Source of the DNA: a virus
Lineage: Duplodnaviria; Caudoviricetes
Length of the DNA stretch: 37,883 nt
Virus record (IMG/VR): IMGVR_UViG_3300020045_007828
Location: 1 to 37,883 of that record
Direction: 5' to 3' (one strand)
The notes under the pieces were generated by a model. It worked only from the letters and a program-made list of their open reading frames with translations. It made no database searches and was not told the origin of the DNA. The translations under genes were made by a program, and so were the position numbers. This document shows positions 8,573 to 19,036 of the stretch, piece after piece (position 1 is the first letter of the stretch; each line of letters opens with the position of its first letter).

Positions 8573-9750
8573 GCTTTCACCAGTGTGAAGTTCGCGTCAA
8601 CAGTCGCTACGGAATCCGACAAATAATTGATTGTAACCTGATCGGTAGTCAAACGGCAAAGGTGCATCAAGCAAATTCGCTGAACGGTAGTTGAGTTCAG
8701 TGCGACACCGATGGTGGTGGTCAGTGTCAATGTGGTGTAAGCACCGGTGACACTGGTTGACTGAATCGTTTTATAAATCGGCACATCGTTAATCATTATC
8801 ATCAATGTTTTCAGCGCCGGATCAGTACCAACTAACCGATGAAATTCATTGGTTTTAACTTTGATTGACGTGGAACTGGATAACTCAGTGCTGTACAACT
8901 GGAAGTCAGCCATCCATGTTGGCATGTAAACTGCTTTCAAGCGACCCTTTAAGCGACCAAGCAGTTTTCTGAATTCCACAAGGTCAGCGGTATTCTTAAA
9001 TACCCACTGGAAGCGGCGGGATAGTCGGGGGAAGTCGTTGGTGGCGAAGCCTGCGACAGCACCGGTTTGATAATCAACAAGCGCCGATTCGTAGTCATTA
9101 CCGAACTGCAAGGGTTCAGCCCAGTTAGGCTTGCGCAAGATCACTTCGTAACCGTTGTAGGTAACAGCGGCAGTGGAGCTTGGGATATTCGGGCTCGTTG
9201 TTGCAGGGTCACAGTTGAACGAGATGCCAAGCTCAGTGAGTGCATCGGTGATCCGGCGCGATGTAATGCTACCAGGCATACGGGCGATCACTAGCGGGTA
9301 CACACGGGTGCCCGATGCCCACGCACCGGTGGTGGGGTCTACAGGGGTGATCGTGGTATCGGTCAGAGTGTCAATCTCAACCACTTCATAGTTGAGTGAG
9401 TCTTTCAGAATGATGGCGTAGCCACCTTCGTAGAAACCCTTGTTCACTGTGTTAACGGTTAGTGAAGTTGCGCCGATGGATACCGAGGCACCAAGGGTTG
9501 TGCGACCCAACCAAAGCGGCAAACCCCAAGGTAGGTTTTGATTACCCCATAACAAATTATCGGCAATAGCCGATTCATTGTTTTTGACTGTGCTTGTGTA
9601 CTCGAATGATTGGCGTGGCTTTGAACGCACTTCAATACGTTGCTCGTTACCCCTGTATGCACCAATGACATCGGTCAACCAATCAAGGGTTTCCCTGACC
9701 GGCTGAGTCCAATTTGGTGGGAAGGGCCACACAACGTAGTTGAACGCCAT
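8569..9750 (-). CDS. Distal tail / virion structural protein
   Basis: VWPFPPNW...ETLDWLTDV...EQR start with an internal duplicated PNW motif. Follows the tape measure. Confidence 0.78.
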   Translation of the reverse strand: MAFNYVVWPFPPNWTQPVRETLDWLTDVIGAYRGNEQRIEVRSKPRQSFEYTSTVKNNESAIADNLLWGNQNLPWGLPLWLGRTTLGASVSIGATSLTVNTVNKGFYEGGYAIILKDSLNYEVVEIDTLTDTTITPVDPTTGAWASGTRVYPLVIARMPGSITSRRITDALTELGISFNCDPATTSPNIPSSTAAVTYNGYEVILRKPNWAEPLQFGNDYESALVDYQTGAVAGFATNDFPRLSRRFQWVFKNTADLVEFRKLLGRLKGRLKAVYMPTWMADFQLYSTELSSSTSIKVKTNEFHRLVGTDPALKTLMIMINDVPIYKTIQSTSVTGAYTTLTLTTTIGVALNSTTVQRICLMHLCRLTTDQVTINYLSDSVATVDANFTLVKA

Positions 9751-12700
9751 TACGCAAGTACCGTCTTGAAGGATGATTTATCAGCACGCATCGCATTGAC
9801 GAGTACCTTGCGACCAGATGATGAGTTCAACGCTTCTTTGAGCACCGAGACACTATCAATCGCGTTCACAATTTTAACTTGCATTGGTGCTGAATTACCA
9901 CCGTTACCGCCGTTCAATTGGTGACGCGGGTCATTGCGCGTTAATACTTCCTCACCTTTTTGCAAAATAGTCGGTACTTCATTCGGCTTCAAACCGGCGA
10001 TGCCACCTGAGTGGTACTTCACAGCGTTGGCGAATGCTGTAACAGGCATCATACGTTTGGTGCCGGTCTGACCGACGATACCACCAGTGTGGTTTACACC
10101 CGCTAAGCGATTAACACCGCTCATTATCACACCACCGATACCACCTGTTGATCCACCAAAAGCTGATGTTAACGCCTTGAGAATTGCAGCCTGCATGATC
10201 GCTTTGGCAATCTGAATCAGGAAGTCAGATATGAAAGAGCGGAACGCATCTCTCATACCGGTGAATCCGTCTTTCCACGCCAATAATGTATCGGTGAGCC
10301 CGTTGGCAAACTGCTCGTTGACTTCACGGGCACTGATTAATTCAACGTTGGTTTTACCGAGTTCAGCGCGATACTGCTTAATGTTCTCAAGCATGGTTTG
10401 ACCAAACGCAGATGCCGACAATTCTTGATTAGCGAGAATCAGCTTTTCAAGATCATCGATGGCTTGGCGAGTCTGATCCTGAGTTTGCTGATTTATTTCA
10501 GCAATCTTCTCTTTGCCTTGCAACTCAGTGTAGGTGCCCAGTTCTACCAGCGCATTAACCGTCTGAATTCGCTCAGCACGAATCGACATCTCATCGTTAA
10601 TCTTCTTTTCAAGGTCAAGCAACTGCTGATTGGTAGCACGTTGTTTCTCGAAGTCAACAGTCTTACCGAGATTACCTACACTTTGGCTGATCGGTACACT
10701 TTTGATCTTGTCGGAAATAGCCTGAGCCTTGGCGAGCGCTTCATCCATTTGTGGCAGGAAAAGCTTGTTGGCGTCAAGGATTCGCTTGTTGGCTTCTTCT
10801 GCTGAGATAGAACCGAGTGATTGCAACTCATTAATTTCAGAAATCGCTTTGCGGCGATCCTCAATCAACCGGTTAATTTCTTTCTCGGCTTCCTGCACCT
10901 GTTTGATCGCTACGACTTGCGCGATCTTGGACTTAGCTTCTTCCTGGTTTATACCAGAGACACCCGCAGCCTTCGCCTTGGACAGCTTATCCAACAGCTT
11001 GTCGTATTCAAGATTGATGGCATCCAAACGCTCTTGAAGCGTGTTGCCGGACTTCTCTTGAATCTCTTTATCGATAGCAGTCAACGCATCAGAAATTTGA
11101 CTGCGTAATGCGTCAAGCTGTTCTTGGGTGAGCTTTTTACCGGTGCCAGCAAGGGCCTTGCCGCGAAGTTTGTTTAATTCATCTTCGTTAAATAAAGCTT
11201 TGGCAATTTCTGCCGCTGCCTTCTCAGCATCCTTCTTCGTCTGATCGGGATCAATGAGTTGTATCTTGTCCTTATTGGCAAACTCACGCTCGATAATACC
11301 TAGTGAATTTTTTACGTTATTACCGACTTCAGCCACATCAGTCTTGAACTGCTCAATCGCTTCTTTAATCGAAAGTTCACGAGTGACAACTTTGAATAAT
11401 GTAGAAAAGTTACGGGCGATAAGATCGAAACCACCGACCATCTGTGCAGCGGCTTTTTGTACCCATTCAGACTGAGCGTATAAGTATGTGCCAATACCAA
11501 AACCTGCAGCACCAGCGACAAGTGCAGCCTGTAATCCAACAAATGCGATACGCAAAGTCGCCATTGCGATAGCAGCACGACTACCGGCAGCGGTTGCAGC
11601 AGCGAGTTGAGCAGTCATTGCCGCGAGCGATGTAGCCAATGCTACGCCGAAGTTGGCAATAGCACCGATGGCTTTGGCACCGAATATTAATGCAAGAACA
11701 ATACCAAGCTCATCCAAATATTGAATCATATTGATGAGCAGTTTAATAATTTGAGAAAACCCATTTACAAGATCAAGTATGCCTTGACGAATCTCAGGTT
11801 TCTTGAGTTCAGCCGTGATCGCTTTCAGACCTTGAGTGAGAATATCGATAAAACCACCATCTGCGATTTCCTTGCGGATTTCAGTCATGGTGTTACGGAA
11901 TTCTTCAAGTGCCGCGTCCGGTGCGTTTAGCGCCTGCGCAACGTTGCTGCTGTAAGTCTCGTAGAGATTATTGGCGAGTAGGATGGCAGCTTCGTAGCTG
12001 ACGTTGCCTTGCTCCATTGCCTTCTCAAGATCAGCGGTACTAATCTTGAGCGCATCAGCAGTACGCTTTACCGCACCAGGTAAACGATCACCAATCTGTT
12101 GACGAAGTTCTTCAGATGATAGTTTCTGTTTACTGAAAATCTGGGTGAGCGCACGCATTACACCGCTGAAGTCTTCAGTGCTTATGCGACCTACACGGGC
12201 AGCAGTGGCGAAGCCTTCAAACGTCTTACGAATATCATCCAGCGGTACTTGTGTGGCATCCATACCGCTGATGAACTTTGAATACTCATCCAGAGTCGCT
12301 TCAAAGTTGAGTTTCAGGTCATCACTCAGCTTCTTGATGAACTCGACTTCACCTTCTACCGCAGTCGCATCATTTTTGAAAAAAACCGAGAAGCGCGATT
12401 CAGCTTTGGCGAATAGTACGCTTGTGTCGTAGATGCTTTTGATCGCACCACCAACAGCGTAGATACCACCATAAGTGGCAGCAATGGCAAGCAGTTCACC
12501 CTTGATACGCTGCAGGTAGCTCAGTGTGGTACGTGTGTCGCCACCCATCCGGTTGAAGGTGCCACCAATGCGGTCAATGTTCCCACCGGCGTTGTTAGCC
12601 GAGTCACCCACGCGGTTAAGCTGTTGCTCAAGGCGGCGTTGATCGGCGGTCAAGTTCTCGGTGATGCGATCCAGTTCAGCTTGTCGAGTGGCCAGTCGGC

Positions 12701-13937
12701 TTGAACTGATACCGGCAGACTCCAAGCGTACACGTAGTTCAGCAAGCTCTTGTTGCTCACGTTGAACAGCCTGTGTCGCCTGCTGAATGCGTTGCAGGTA
12801 TGCGTCACGGCGCGCTATTGCACGGGGGTCAACGCTAGACGCTTCAGCAATCGCTTGGTTGGCAGCGGTGATCCGCTGAGCCGTAGTGTTATAGCGTTCC
12901 TCAAGTGTGCTCAGGGAAGCGGTGAGGCGGTCTATGTTCGCCTTCTGACGATTAGTACCTTCCTGGCGCTGAGCTTCGGTAAACGCAGCCAGCGACTTCT
13001 TAAGCTCATCGTAGAGTTTCTTCTGTGCCGCAGCCTTGGCTTTGTTGGCATCGAACGCAGCCTGTTCACGGCGCAGTGCGGCAGTGAGGCTGGTCGATTC
13101 ACGGTTAAGATCAGCTTGTGACCGGCGCGCAGCGTCATACTGAGCAACAAGCTCATTAAGGGATGCTGCAGATGAGCGCGCAAGTGAGCGGGTGGCTTCA
13201 CCGGCGTTCTCACGACTGGCTTGCTTCTGGAACTCTTTGTTTAGTTGCTTCGCGGCATCCAGTTGCTTTTTCATCACGACAAGATTCGCTTCACCCTCTT
13301 GGCGAAGTTTCTCATTGTCGGTTTTGCGGTTATTAAGACTGTTGATCGCTTTGTTATTTTCAGCGATGTCTTTGGTCAGTTGTCGCCACGCTTTACCGGC
13401 ATCAAGAATCTGAGCTTCTTGCCTTTGGATAGCAGCGATAGACCTCTCATCTAACCCTTGGTTACGGATGAGTTCTTCATTGGACTTTTCAAGTTCACGG
13501 CGTGCGATGGCTAGCGCTTCACCAAGTTTGCCTTGCTTCTCGGTGAGCTTGGCAAGGCTGGCGGTGAGACGATCATTAGGTTCACGGGCCTGATTAGCAG
13601 CACGTTCAATATCAGCGAACTCAGCCTGTAGTTCAGCAAGCTTGCGCTGTGCCTTAGTGACGGTCTGGGCTTGCTGTTCAATTGAATCAATGAATTCTTG
13701 CTGTGACGCAATAGCCTTTTTAAGCGCGGTTACATCAGCGATGGCAGCGTTGGTTTTATCAAGCTGTTGTTTAAGTTGCTTTAACTTCTTCTCGATACCG
13801 TCGAAGAAGCTGCTGTCCCGCCCATTACGGGCGAGTTCAGCGGCCATATCATTGAGTGCTTCGGTAATCTGTTCAAACGTTCTATCCGTTTCGTTCTTGG
13901 CACTGATTACCAGTTCAACACTATTGTTACGGGCCAT
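9750..13937 (-). CDS. Tail tape measure protein
   Basis: 1395 aa, Ala-rich coiled coil. Tape-measure domain ALTQIFSKQKLSSEELRQQIGDRLPGA, and C-terminal HTGGIVG/EVPTILQKGEEVL. Confidence 0.95.
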   Translation of the reverse strand: MARNNSVELVISAKNETDRTFEQITEALNDMAAELARNGRDSSFFDGIEKKLKQLKQQLDKTNAAIADVTALKKAIASQQEFIDSIEQQAQTVTKAQRKLAELQAEFADIERAANQAREPNDRLTASLAKLTEKQGKLGEALAIARRELEKSNEELIRNQGLDERSIAAIQRQEAQILDAGKAWRQLTKDIAENNKAINSLNNRKTDNEKLRQEGEANLVVMKKQLDAAKQLNKEFQKQASRENAGEATRSLARSSAASLNELVAQYDAARRSQADLNRESTSLTAALRREQAAFDANKAKAAAQKKLYDELKKSLAAFTEAQRQEGTNRQKANIDRLTASLSTLEERYNTTAQRITAANQAIAEASSVDPRAIARRDAYLQRIQQATQAVQREQQELAELRVRLESAGISSSRLATRQAELDRITENLTADQRRLEQQLNRVGDSANNAGGNIDRIGGTFNRMGGDTRTTLSYLQRIKGELLAIAATYGGIYAVGGAIKSIYDTSVLFAKAESRFSVFFKNDATAVEGEVEFIKKLSDDLKLNFEATLDEYSKFISGMDATQVPLDDIRKTFEGFATAARVGRISTEDFSGVMRALTQIFSKQKLSSEELRQQIGDRLPGAVKRTADALKISTADLEKAMEQGNVSYEAAILLANNLYETYSSNVAQALNAPDAALEEFRNTMTEIRKEIADGGFIDILTQGLKAITAELKKPEIRQGILDLVNGFSQIIKLLINMIQYLDELGIVLALIFGAKAIGAIANFGVALATSLAAMTAQLAAATAAGSRAAIAMATLRIAFVGLQAALVAGAAGFGIGTYLYAQSEWVQKAAAQMVGGFDLIARNFSTLFKVVTRELSIKEAIEQFKTDVAEVGNNVKNSLGIIEREFANKDKIQLIDPDQTKKDAEKAAAEIAKALFNEDELNKLRGKALAGTGKKLTQEQLDALRSQISDALTAIDKEIQEKSGNTLQERLDAINLEYDKLLDKLSKAKAAGVSGINQEEAKSKIAQVVAIKQVQEAEKEINRLIEDRRKAISEINELQSLGSISAEEANKRILDANKLFLPQMDEALAKAQAISDKIKSVPISQSVGNLGKTVDFEKQRATNQQLLDLEKKINDEMSIRAERIQTVNALVELGTYTELQGKEKIAEINQQTQDQTRQAIDDLEKLILANQELSASAFGQTMLENIKQYRAELGKTNVELISAREVNEQFANGLTDTLLAWKDGFTGMRDAFRSFISDFLIQIAKAIMQAAILKALTSAFGGSTGGIGGVIMSGVNRLAGVNHTGGIVGQTGTKRMMPVTAFANAVKYHSGGIAGLKPNEVPTILQKGEEVLTRNDPRHQLNGGNGGNSAPMQVKIVNAIDSVSVLKEALNSSSGRKVLVNAMRADKSSFKTVLA

Positions 13938-14253
13938 TAGACAACCTCTTGATTAATTCACTGAATGCCTTCTGGCCTTCTTTACCACCGATGACCGATG
14001 CGATTGCCGATTGGGTGAGAATCGCCTGTGTGGTCATCTGCATGTTAATGCGATGTGTGGCGAGTCGTACTTCAATGAACAATGTGCATAGCGGGTAACG
14101 GTGAGCATTAAAGTGCCCTTCCGAACGAAGGAAGGACACCTGTTCACGCAGCGTTACGAACCAGTGTTGTTCAGGTTTAGATTCTGCTGCGAACTCATCG
14201 AGGGGATCGCTTGCTTCGCTGACTGGATCAAACGAAGCACGAGGGCCAAAAAA
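13927..14253 (-). CDS. Tail assembly chaperone C-terminal (T-like) frame, reached by -1 frameshift
   Basis: The -1 frame is open from just upstream of the slippery T-TTT-TTG (14253-14247) to the stop at 13927. Lies between the chaperone and tape measure genes. Confidence 0.8.
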   Translation of the reverse strand, partial: FFGPRASFDPVSEASDPLDEFAAESKPEQHWFVTLREQVSFLRSEGHFNAHRYPLCTLFIEVRLATHRINMQMTTQAILTQSAIASVIGGKEGQKAFSELIKRLSNGP

Positions 14254-14612
14254 TCGGTTAGACCACCCGTTTCCTCAATCGTGAGTTTATAAATCTGTTC
14301 CAGCGCCCTGATCTGTACAGGAAGTGGCATCCTTGCCGCAACCGCCTGGTCTGGCATATCGGCAGCGAGGGCGATCATCTGCGCCACGACTTGCGGAGCC
14401 TTAATGATAAGGTCTGCACCAAACTCTTTAACATCGAAGCCATCATCACCTTGGTGAGCACCTTCAATGAATGAGAAAATTTTATCTACACTTGCACCGT
14501 GGGTTGTGAACAGTATTGTAATGTCTTGAACGCTCAGTCCGCGAACATCAAAACCTACCTTACCGTTACTACCCCATTCGACTCTTTCGGTTGGGATAAT
14601 GAAATCTTGCAT
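14154..14612 (-). CDS. Tail assembly chaperone (lambda G analogue)
   Basis: Position between tail tube and tape measure. FDVRGLSVQDI and LPVQIRALEQIYKLT motifs. Confidence 0.82.
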   Translation of the reverse strand: MQDFIIPTERVEWGSNGKVGFDVRGLSVQDITILFTTHGASVDKIFSFIEGAHQGDDGFDVKEFGADLIIKAPQVVAQMIALAADMPDQAVAARMPLPVQIRALEQIYKLTIEETGGLTDFLALVLRLIQSAKQAIPSMSSQQNLNLNNTGS

Positions 14613-14627
14613 TTGATCGCCCTTATG

Positions 14628-14654
14628 AAAAAGTCGGCACCGTTAAGTGCCGAC
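14628..14654 (-). terminator. Intrinsic terminator after the major tail gene
   Basis: Minus strand GTCGGCAC-TTAACG-GTGCCGAC-TTTTT. Confidence 0.8.
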
Positions 14655-14661
14655 GTTGTTG

Positions 14662-15420
14662 TTAGGCCGGACGGCCATCGATATAGATTGCCGCCTGACC
14701 GGTGTTCTCACCAATCTCTACAGAGAAGCTTGCTGACTGCCAATCTTCACCTTTCAGTGCGAAGTCACCCGATGGGCGCAACGTAACTTTAGGAATGTAG
14801 AAGTCGCGCTGAGTACCCTTGGGGTTCTTAGACACGAAACGGATTGAACCAGTCAACGATGCCGCAGAACTGGTTGCAATACGGTCACGGGTGTTGGCCG
14901 CAGGGGTGTAGTCAACCAACAGGTCATCCAAGTCGGTCAACGTAACACTTGACTCAAGCAACTGAATGCGACCCAAGGCTGCATCCAAGGTGTAGTCAGT
15001 GTTCAACACCAAGTTGGTAGCCGGTGCCTTGGTGACGGTAACAGAACTGACATTACGAACACCCTGTGGGTTACTGACGGTTTTACCCAACTGATAGAAG
15101 TAACCCTTCTTGATGTTGTTGATCTGCTCATCAACCACCGGTGTTGCAAGCTGGGTAACAGTGCTAACGTCTGCCAAGAAGAACAATGCAACGTTCTCTT
15201 TAGACATGTTGTCAGTGGTCAAAGTACCGTTACGGGTAATCTGAGTCACCACCGAGTCGTCTTTGGTTTTGATACCGTTATCCGAATCGAAGTGATCCAA
15301 GTTTTCAGATTCAATGGTGATGTTGAACTCGGTGGTATTACCCAAGTAACGTTCACCTGAACCCTGATCAAAGTAAACTTCGCCCTTGCCGAGCGTGTAC
15401 GCTTTGGTTTCGAGTGCCAT
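14662..15420 (-). CDS. Major tail (tube) protein
   Basis: YTLGKGEVYF...RYLGNTTEF, NPKG...YIPKVTLRPSGDFALKGEDW. Strong GGAG RBS and a downstream terminator. Confidence 0.88.
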   Translation of the reverse strand: MALETKAYTLGKGEVYFDQGSGERYLGNTTEFNITIESENLDHFDSDNGIKTKDDSVVTQITRNGTLTTDNMSKENVALFFLADVSTVTQLATPVVDEQINNIKKGYFYQLGKTVSNPQGVRNVSSVTVTKAPATNLVLNTDYTLDAALGRIQLLESSVTLTDLDDLLVDYTPAANTRDRIATSSAASLTGSIRFVSKNPKGTQRDFYIPKVTLRPSGDFALKGEDWQSASFSVEIGENTGQAAIYIDGRPA

Positions 15421-15435
15421 TTTTAAAGCTCCTAA

Positions 15436-15621
15436 TTACACAATGTGACCAGTTTTACGCAGCCGCTCAGCCTGCTGGTCGTTAAGAGAAACTTTGGCTG
15501 GAGGGTTCACCTCTTTACCCGATTTGGTAATCGGCTTCAGAAGTTCGTACTCGTTTACCAAAGTAGCGTCATCTGCCTTCGGGGTTTCCGCTGGCAAAGA
15601 TTTGTCTGCATTCTTACGCAT
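15436..15621 (-). CDS. Small hypothetical virion-module protein
   Basis: ATG at 15621 overlaps the end of the upstream gene and the ORF fills the gap before the tail tube gene. Confidence 0.6.
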   Translation of the reverse strand: MRKNADKSLPAETPKADDATLVNEYELLKPITKSGKEVNPPAKVSLNDQQAERLRKTGHIV

Positions 15622-16108
15622 AAGGATTTTCCAACTCATCAACGATATTGATTGTTAGTTTCAAAACAAAAGTTGCGATACCAGATGTGTCAGATGAAGG
15701 AGGGAGGGCAACGCCACCATCGATCATCATGTCAACGATTAACCCACCAAACATATAGTTGGGATTACGATTAACCGGTGTATCGGGGCGCATAATAACT
15801 GCCAAACACTTCTTCACATCTGCCATCAGATTATGAGCAGGATCAGTAGGGTGCTCATCGTCAGCATTAATGTAACCCTGAACAGCAATGAACCAGTCAT
15901 CTTTCTGAACGGTTCCATCGGCGCGCACAGCGTTTTCAGGGCGCATCTCGAAAATACCCAAACAGGGTAACGTAGTTTCATCACCGAAGCCACCGCGACC
16001 ACGGAAAACGCTACCTAACAGGTCAAATTGATAACCATTTGCCACCAGAATTGTTTCCAATTGGGTGGTGAGCAATTTAAGCACCTGCAGGCGTTTACTA
16101 TCGGCCAC
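15614..16108 (-). CDS. Tail terminator / tail completion protein
   Basis: ANGYQFDLLGSVFRGR and HPTDPAHNLMADVKKCL motifs, plus synteny. Confidence 0.75.
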   Translation of the reverse strand: MADSKRLQVLKLLTTQLETILVANGYQFDLLGSVFRGRGGFGDETTLPCLGIFEMRPENAVRADGTVQKDDWFIAVQGYINADDEHPTDPAHNLMADVKKCLAVIMRPDTPVNRNPNYMFGGLIVDMMIDGGVALPPSSDTSGIATFVLKLTINIVDELENPYA

Positions 16109-16751
16109 TTGTTAACCTCGCAAATTGACGTTGGAATTCATCATCCAAGTGGTCTTCAACATACTTTAAACCTTCGTTGGCAACCTGATTGCGGAACAAC
16201 TGTTCAACAGATGGGCCGTACAACAGGTAGACATCTTGATCGCGGCTGCTACTACCCAGTGGTTTACCAGGGAGCTTCTTACCTTTGATTCGTTCACCAG
16301 CGGGTAAGCGAATCGCAACCCCTGTATTCCCACCATCGGCATTGCCAGCCTTTAAGTTCACAAAAAACGCTTTTGCAATTTTACGTGAACGCTTTACGTG
16401 GACACTGACACCAGCCTTCTTGCGACCACCACCTTTGGCGGGGGCGTAGAGTTGTTTGGCATCGAACCGGTTCAGCGATGTTGCACGATTGCGGCCAACA
16501 ATGGATGCGCTCAATGCACCTGGTTTGGCGAATTTTGCAATCTTCAACCGTGGTTCAGAACCATCTCGACCATCAAGATAACTAGCCTTGAGATTGACCG
16601 AACTCATAATCTTCTTTTTGCTTCGAGCGTAGACCTTACGGGTCATATCGTTGATGGCGAGCGCAGCCGCTTTCTCAGCGATTTGGGCATTGCGTTCCAT
16701 GTACTTCTGGAAGTCTTTAATGCCTCTGAACTTAAGCTCGAAGCCAGCCAT
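16098..16751 (-). CDS. Neck / tail completion protein (lambda gpZ-like)
   Basis: Basic protein with AALAIND, TSLNRF and LLYGPSVEQLF motifs, plus synteny. Confidence 0.75.
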   Translation of the reverse strand: MAGFELKFRGIKDFQKYMERNAQIAEKAAALAINDMTRKVYARSKKKIMSSVNLKASYLDGRDGSEPRLKIAKFAKPGALSASIVGRNRATSLNRFDAKQLYAPAKGGGRKKAGVSVHVKRSRKIAKAFFVNLKAGNADGGNTGVAIRLPAGERIKGKKLPGKPLGSSSRDQDVYLLYGPSVEQLFRNQVANEGLKYVEDHLDDEFQRQFARLTSGR

Positions 16752-16773
16752 TACTCACCTGAGCCTGAACCAA

Positions 16774-17091
16774 TCATGGTTTCACCTCACACATCACGTA
16801 GAACTCACCTTGGGGCGTTACCGTCTCAATCTTAAGCACGGTGCCATCATCGAACGTCAATGTTGCATTACGTTTGGGGGTGGGCACTTCTCGCAGATCA
16901 ACCACAACGCGATTAATCTGCGACAAAATCCCAGGGGAGAAGTCCTCTAAGTCATCACCGATGAATGCGGTCTTACGGTGATGTCTGACTGTGCAACTAA
17001 CAGGAACCGTGCCATCGTTGTACACGCAGGGATAACCCATTGTGTTATGAACAATGTCACGGGCTTCCTGTTTAGTTGCACGCCAGTCCAT
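16774..17091 (-). CDS. Head-tail joining protein (gpFII-like)
   Basis: 105 aa, beta-rich, in the head-closure position. Confidence 0.68.
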   Translation of the reverse strand: MDWRATKQEARDIVHNTMGYPCVYNDGTVPVSCTVRHHRKTAFIGDDLEDFSPGILSQINRVVVDLREVPTPKRNATLTFDDGTVLKIETVTPQGEFYVMCEVKP

Positions 17092-17093
17092 TC

Positions 17094-17546
17094 TTACTCT
17101 ACCGCATCCGAGCCATCATCAAGACCGAGGTCGTCATCTTCTTCATCAGAAGATTCACCTTCAGCGGCACCTTCAATGGGTGCAGAAGATGCGGCGTTGA
17201 GAGCATCAGCGGCAGCTTTGGCGTTTTTCTTGTCCAATGCTTCCTGCTGCTTTTTAGTCAAAGGTTTTGGTGCAGGCTCAGAACCACCAATCTTCGGCGC
17301 AATGTCAGCCAGAGTCGGTGCGGTGTCAGAGACAAGTTCACCTTCGATGATGCTTGGGCCACGCTCAAAATGATTGTCAGCGACAGCTTCGCTTGGGTCT
17401 ACACCGTAGCCTTCGGCAAGGTGCTTCTTAGCGGTATTGGTATCGACTTCATACAGATCACCAGGGTTAGCAATACCTTCTGCTTTGCGAGTGCCGGTAA
17501 GAACGTTCGATAGACCTTGAATTTCAAAAACTGCTTTCAGTTTCAT
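17094..17546 (-). CDS. Hypothetical protein after the capsid gene (gpFI position), acidic low-complexity tail
   Basis: Fills the interval between capsid and head-tail joining genes. PGDLYEVD N-domain, then P/K/A-rich and D/E-rich segments. Confidence 0.6.
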   Translation of the reverse strand: MKLKAVFEIQGLSNVLTGTRKAEGIANPGDLYEVDTNTAKKHLAEGYGVDPSEAVADNHFERGPSIIEGELVSDTAPTLADIAPKIGGSEPAPKPLTKKQQEALDKKNAKAAADALNAASSAPIEGAAEGESSDEEDDDLGLDDGSDAVE

Positions 17547-17575
17547 GGTTGATCACCCACGGAAAAGTTGATTAG

Positions 17576-17599
17576 ATAAGGCGGTGTTACCCGCCTTAT
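17576..17599 (-). terminator. Hairpin after the major capsid gene (weak terminator or mRNA stabiliser)
   Basis: ATAAGGCGG-TGTTAC-CCGCCTTAT perfect 9-bp stem with a poor U tract. Confidence 0.55.
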
Positions 17600-17609
17600 T
17601 GTGTACCTA

Positions 17610-18638
17610 TTACTCTACAGCGCGGATGCGCCATGAAGCGTTAGGCTGCTTGGGCACCATCAAAGGTGCAGATTGCATAAGCAAGAATTCCGCAGATGGG
17701 TCTTCCTGTTCAAACAACTTAGCGAAGATGTCCAAAGACTGCCAACCGGCCTTCTTGTCCATGATCGCACCGAAGCAACGAACACCCTGGAAACCTTCAG
17801 CGGCAACAGCAACAACGTCGCGTGGGTCCATGAATGGGGTGCTTGCACCAGTGTCGTCTTCGTAGATTTCACTGTAAACCCAAACATCGGTCATGCCGAA
17901 GCGACCCATGTACTGATAGGGTTCACCGTTACCTGGACCAACTTCAGCAGTTGAAGTAGAACCACGACGGGTTTCCAGCAAGTTCTTGATTGACGCATGG
18001 TTGCTGAACGCATCCCAAGCCGAAGTACCCATGATTACACCAGTAGGCGCATAACCACTCAAGGTACGGGCACGACTGTTCATCGCGTTGATATCAGCAA
18101 TCGGGGTAGACGCTGAGTTAGTCCATGCAGCACTGCCGGTTTTAACCGAGGTCAAGCTGTTGTCACGACCAAAACTGATGGACACAGTTGGATAGTTCTC
18201 ACCAGAAACAGTCACGCTAGAGTAGAGAACCGCTTGAGCAGCCATCCAGTTCCAACGACGAATGATCTGATTCTTGAACTTGCGAGTCATATCCACAACA
18301 ACCGCATCGCGGCGAGCAGACAAACTCAGTTCACCCGTGTACGCCTCACCGGCGCGACGTTCAATCAACTGCGATGGATCAACGATACCTTTAGGCTTCA
18401 AGTACGCAGGCGCGAAACGCTTGGTGCTGTAGCCTTCCTTCGAGATTGCCTTACCCTGAGAGGTAGGTGCAACGAAAGGAGCCAAACGCTGAGTCTCATC
18501 AACCAAGTCGAAGTCAACATAGCGGGTTTGGAAGTTAATCTGACCCTTGAAGAAGTTATCCAACCAGAAGGTAGACGGGTTGCGAACAACACGCACCATC
18601 TGAAGCAGATCATGTGTGGTAAAAGTCGTATAAGACAT
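17610..18638 (-). CDS. Major capsid protein, lambda gpE family
   Basis: RLAPFVAP, FAPAYLKPK and QSAPLMVP motifs. 342 aa, after the decoration gene. Confidence 0.93.
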   Translation of the reverse strand: MSYTTFTTHDLLQMVRVVRNPSTFWLDNFFKGQINFQTRYVDFDLVDETQRLAPFVAPTSQGKAISKEGYSTKRFAPAYLKPKGIVDPSQLIERRAGEAYTGELSLSARRDAVVVDMTRKFKNQIIRRWNWMAAQAVLYSSVTVSGENYPTVSISFGRDNSLTSVKTGSAAWTNSASTPIADINAMNSRARTLSGYAPTGVIMGTSAWDAFSNHASIKNLLETRRGSTSTAEVGPGNGEPYQYMGRFGMTDVWVYSEIYEDDTGASTPFMDPRDVVAVAAEGFQGVRCFGAIMDKKAGWQSLDIFAKLFEQEDPSAEFLLMQSAPLMVPKQPNASWRIRAVE

Positions 18639-18648
18639 GTATTACTCC

Positions 18649-19023
18649 TTAACCCGCGAGAGTGCGAACAGTGATGGGTGTACGATCAAACGCCGCTTCT
18701 TTCTGGGCATCTGTCGAGGTTGTCCACACCAACGCGGCGATGTTGAAGTCACCGCTGATGTAGTAAGGCTTGGTATCGGCACCAGCGGTGGTGTCGATTG
18801 CTTCGGTAGTGATACCAACAGCAATGTTAGTCGCATTAGCACCCGCTGGGTCCCATGCAACCAATTTACCAGTTGAACTATTGCGCGCAATCACGGTGTT
18901 CGCAGCCAACGTCAAAGACGCAGCAAATGAACCTGGTTTAGTACGCACAGCACCGTCGCCAGCGAAAAGCTGAGGCGGTGTATAAGAGGTCAGTTCAGGA
19001 CCCGATGCAAGAATGCCAGCCAT
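18649..19023 (-). CDS. Head decoration protein (lambda gpD family)
   Basis: YTPPQLFAGD, AVGI and YYISGDFNIAALVW motifs. Confidence 0.88.
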   Translation of the reverse strand: MAGILASGPELTSYTPPQLFAGDGAVRTKPGSFAASLTLAANTVIARNSSTGKLVAWDPAGANATNIAVGITTEAIDTTAGADTKPYYISGDFNIAALVWTTSTDAQKEAAFDRTPITVRTLAG

Positions 19024-19036
19024 TTTTAGCTCCTAA

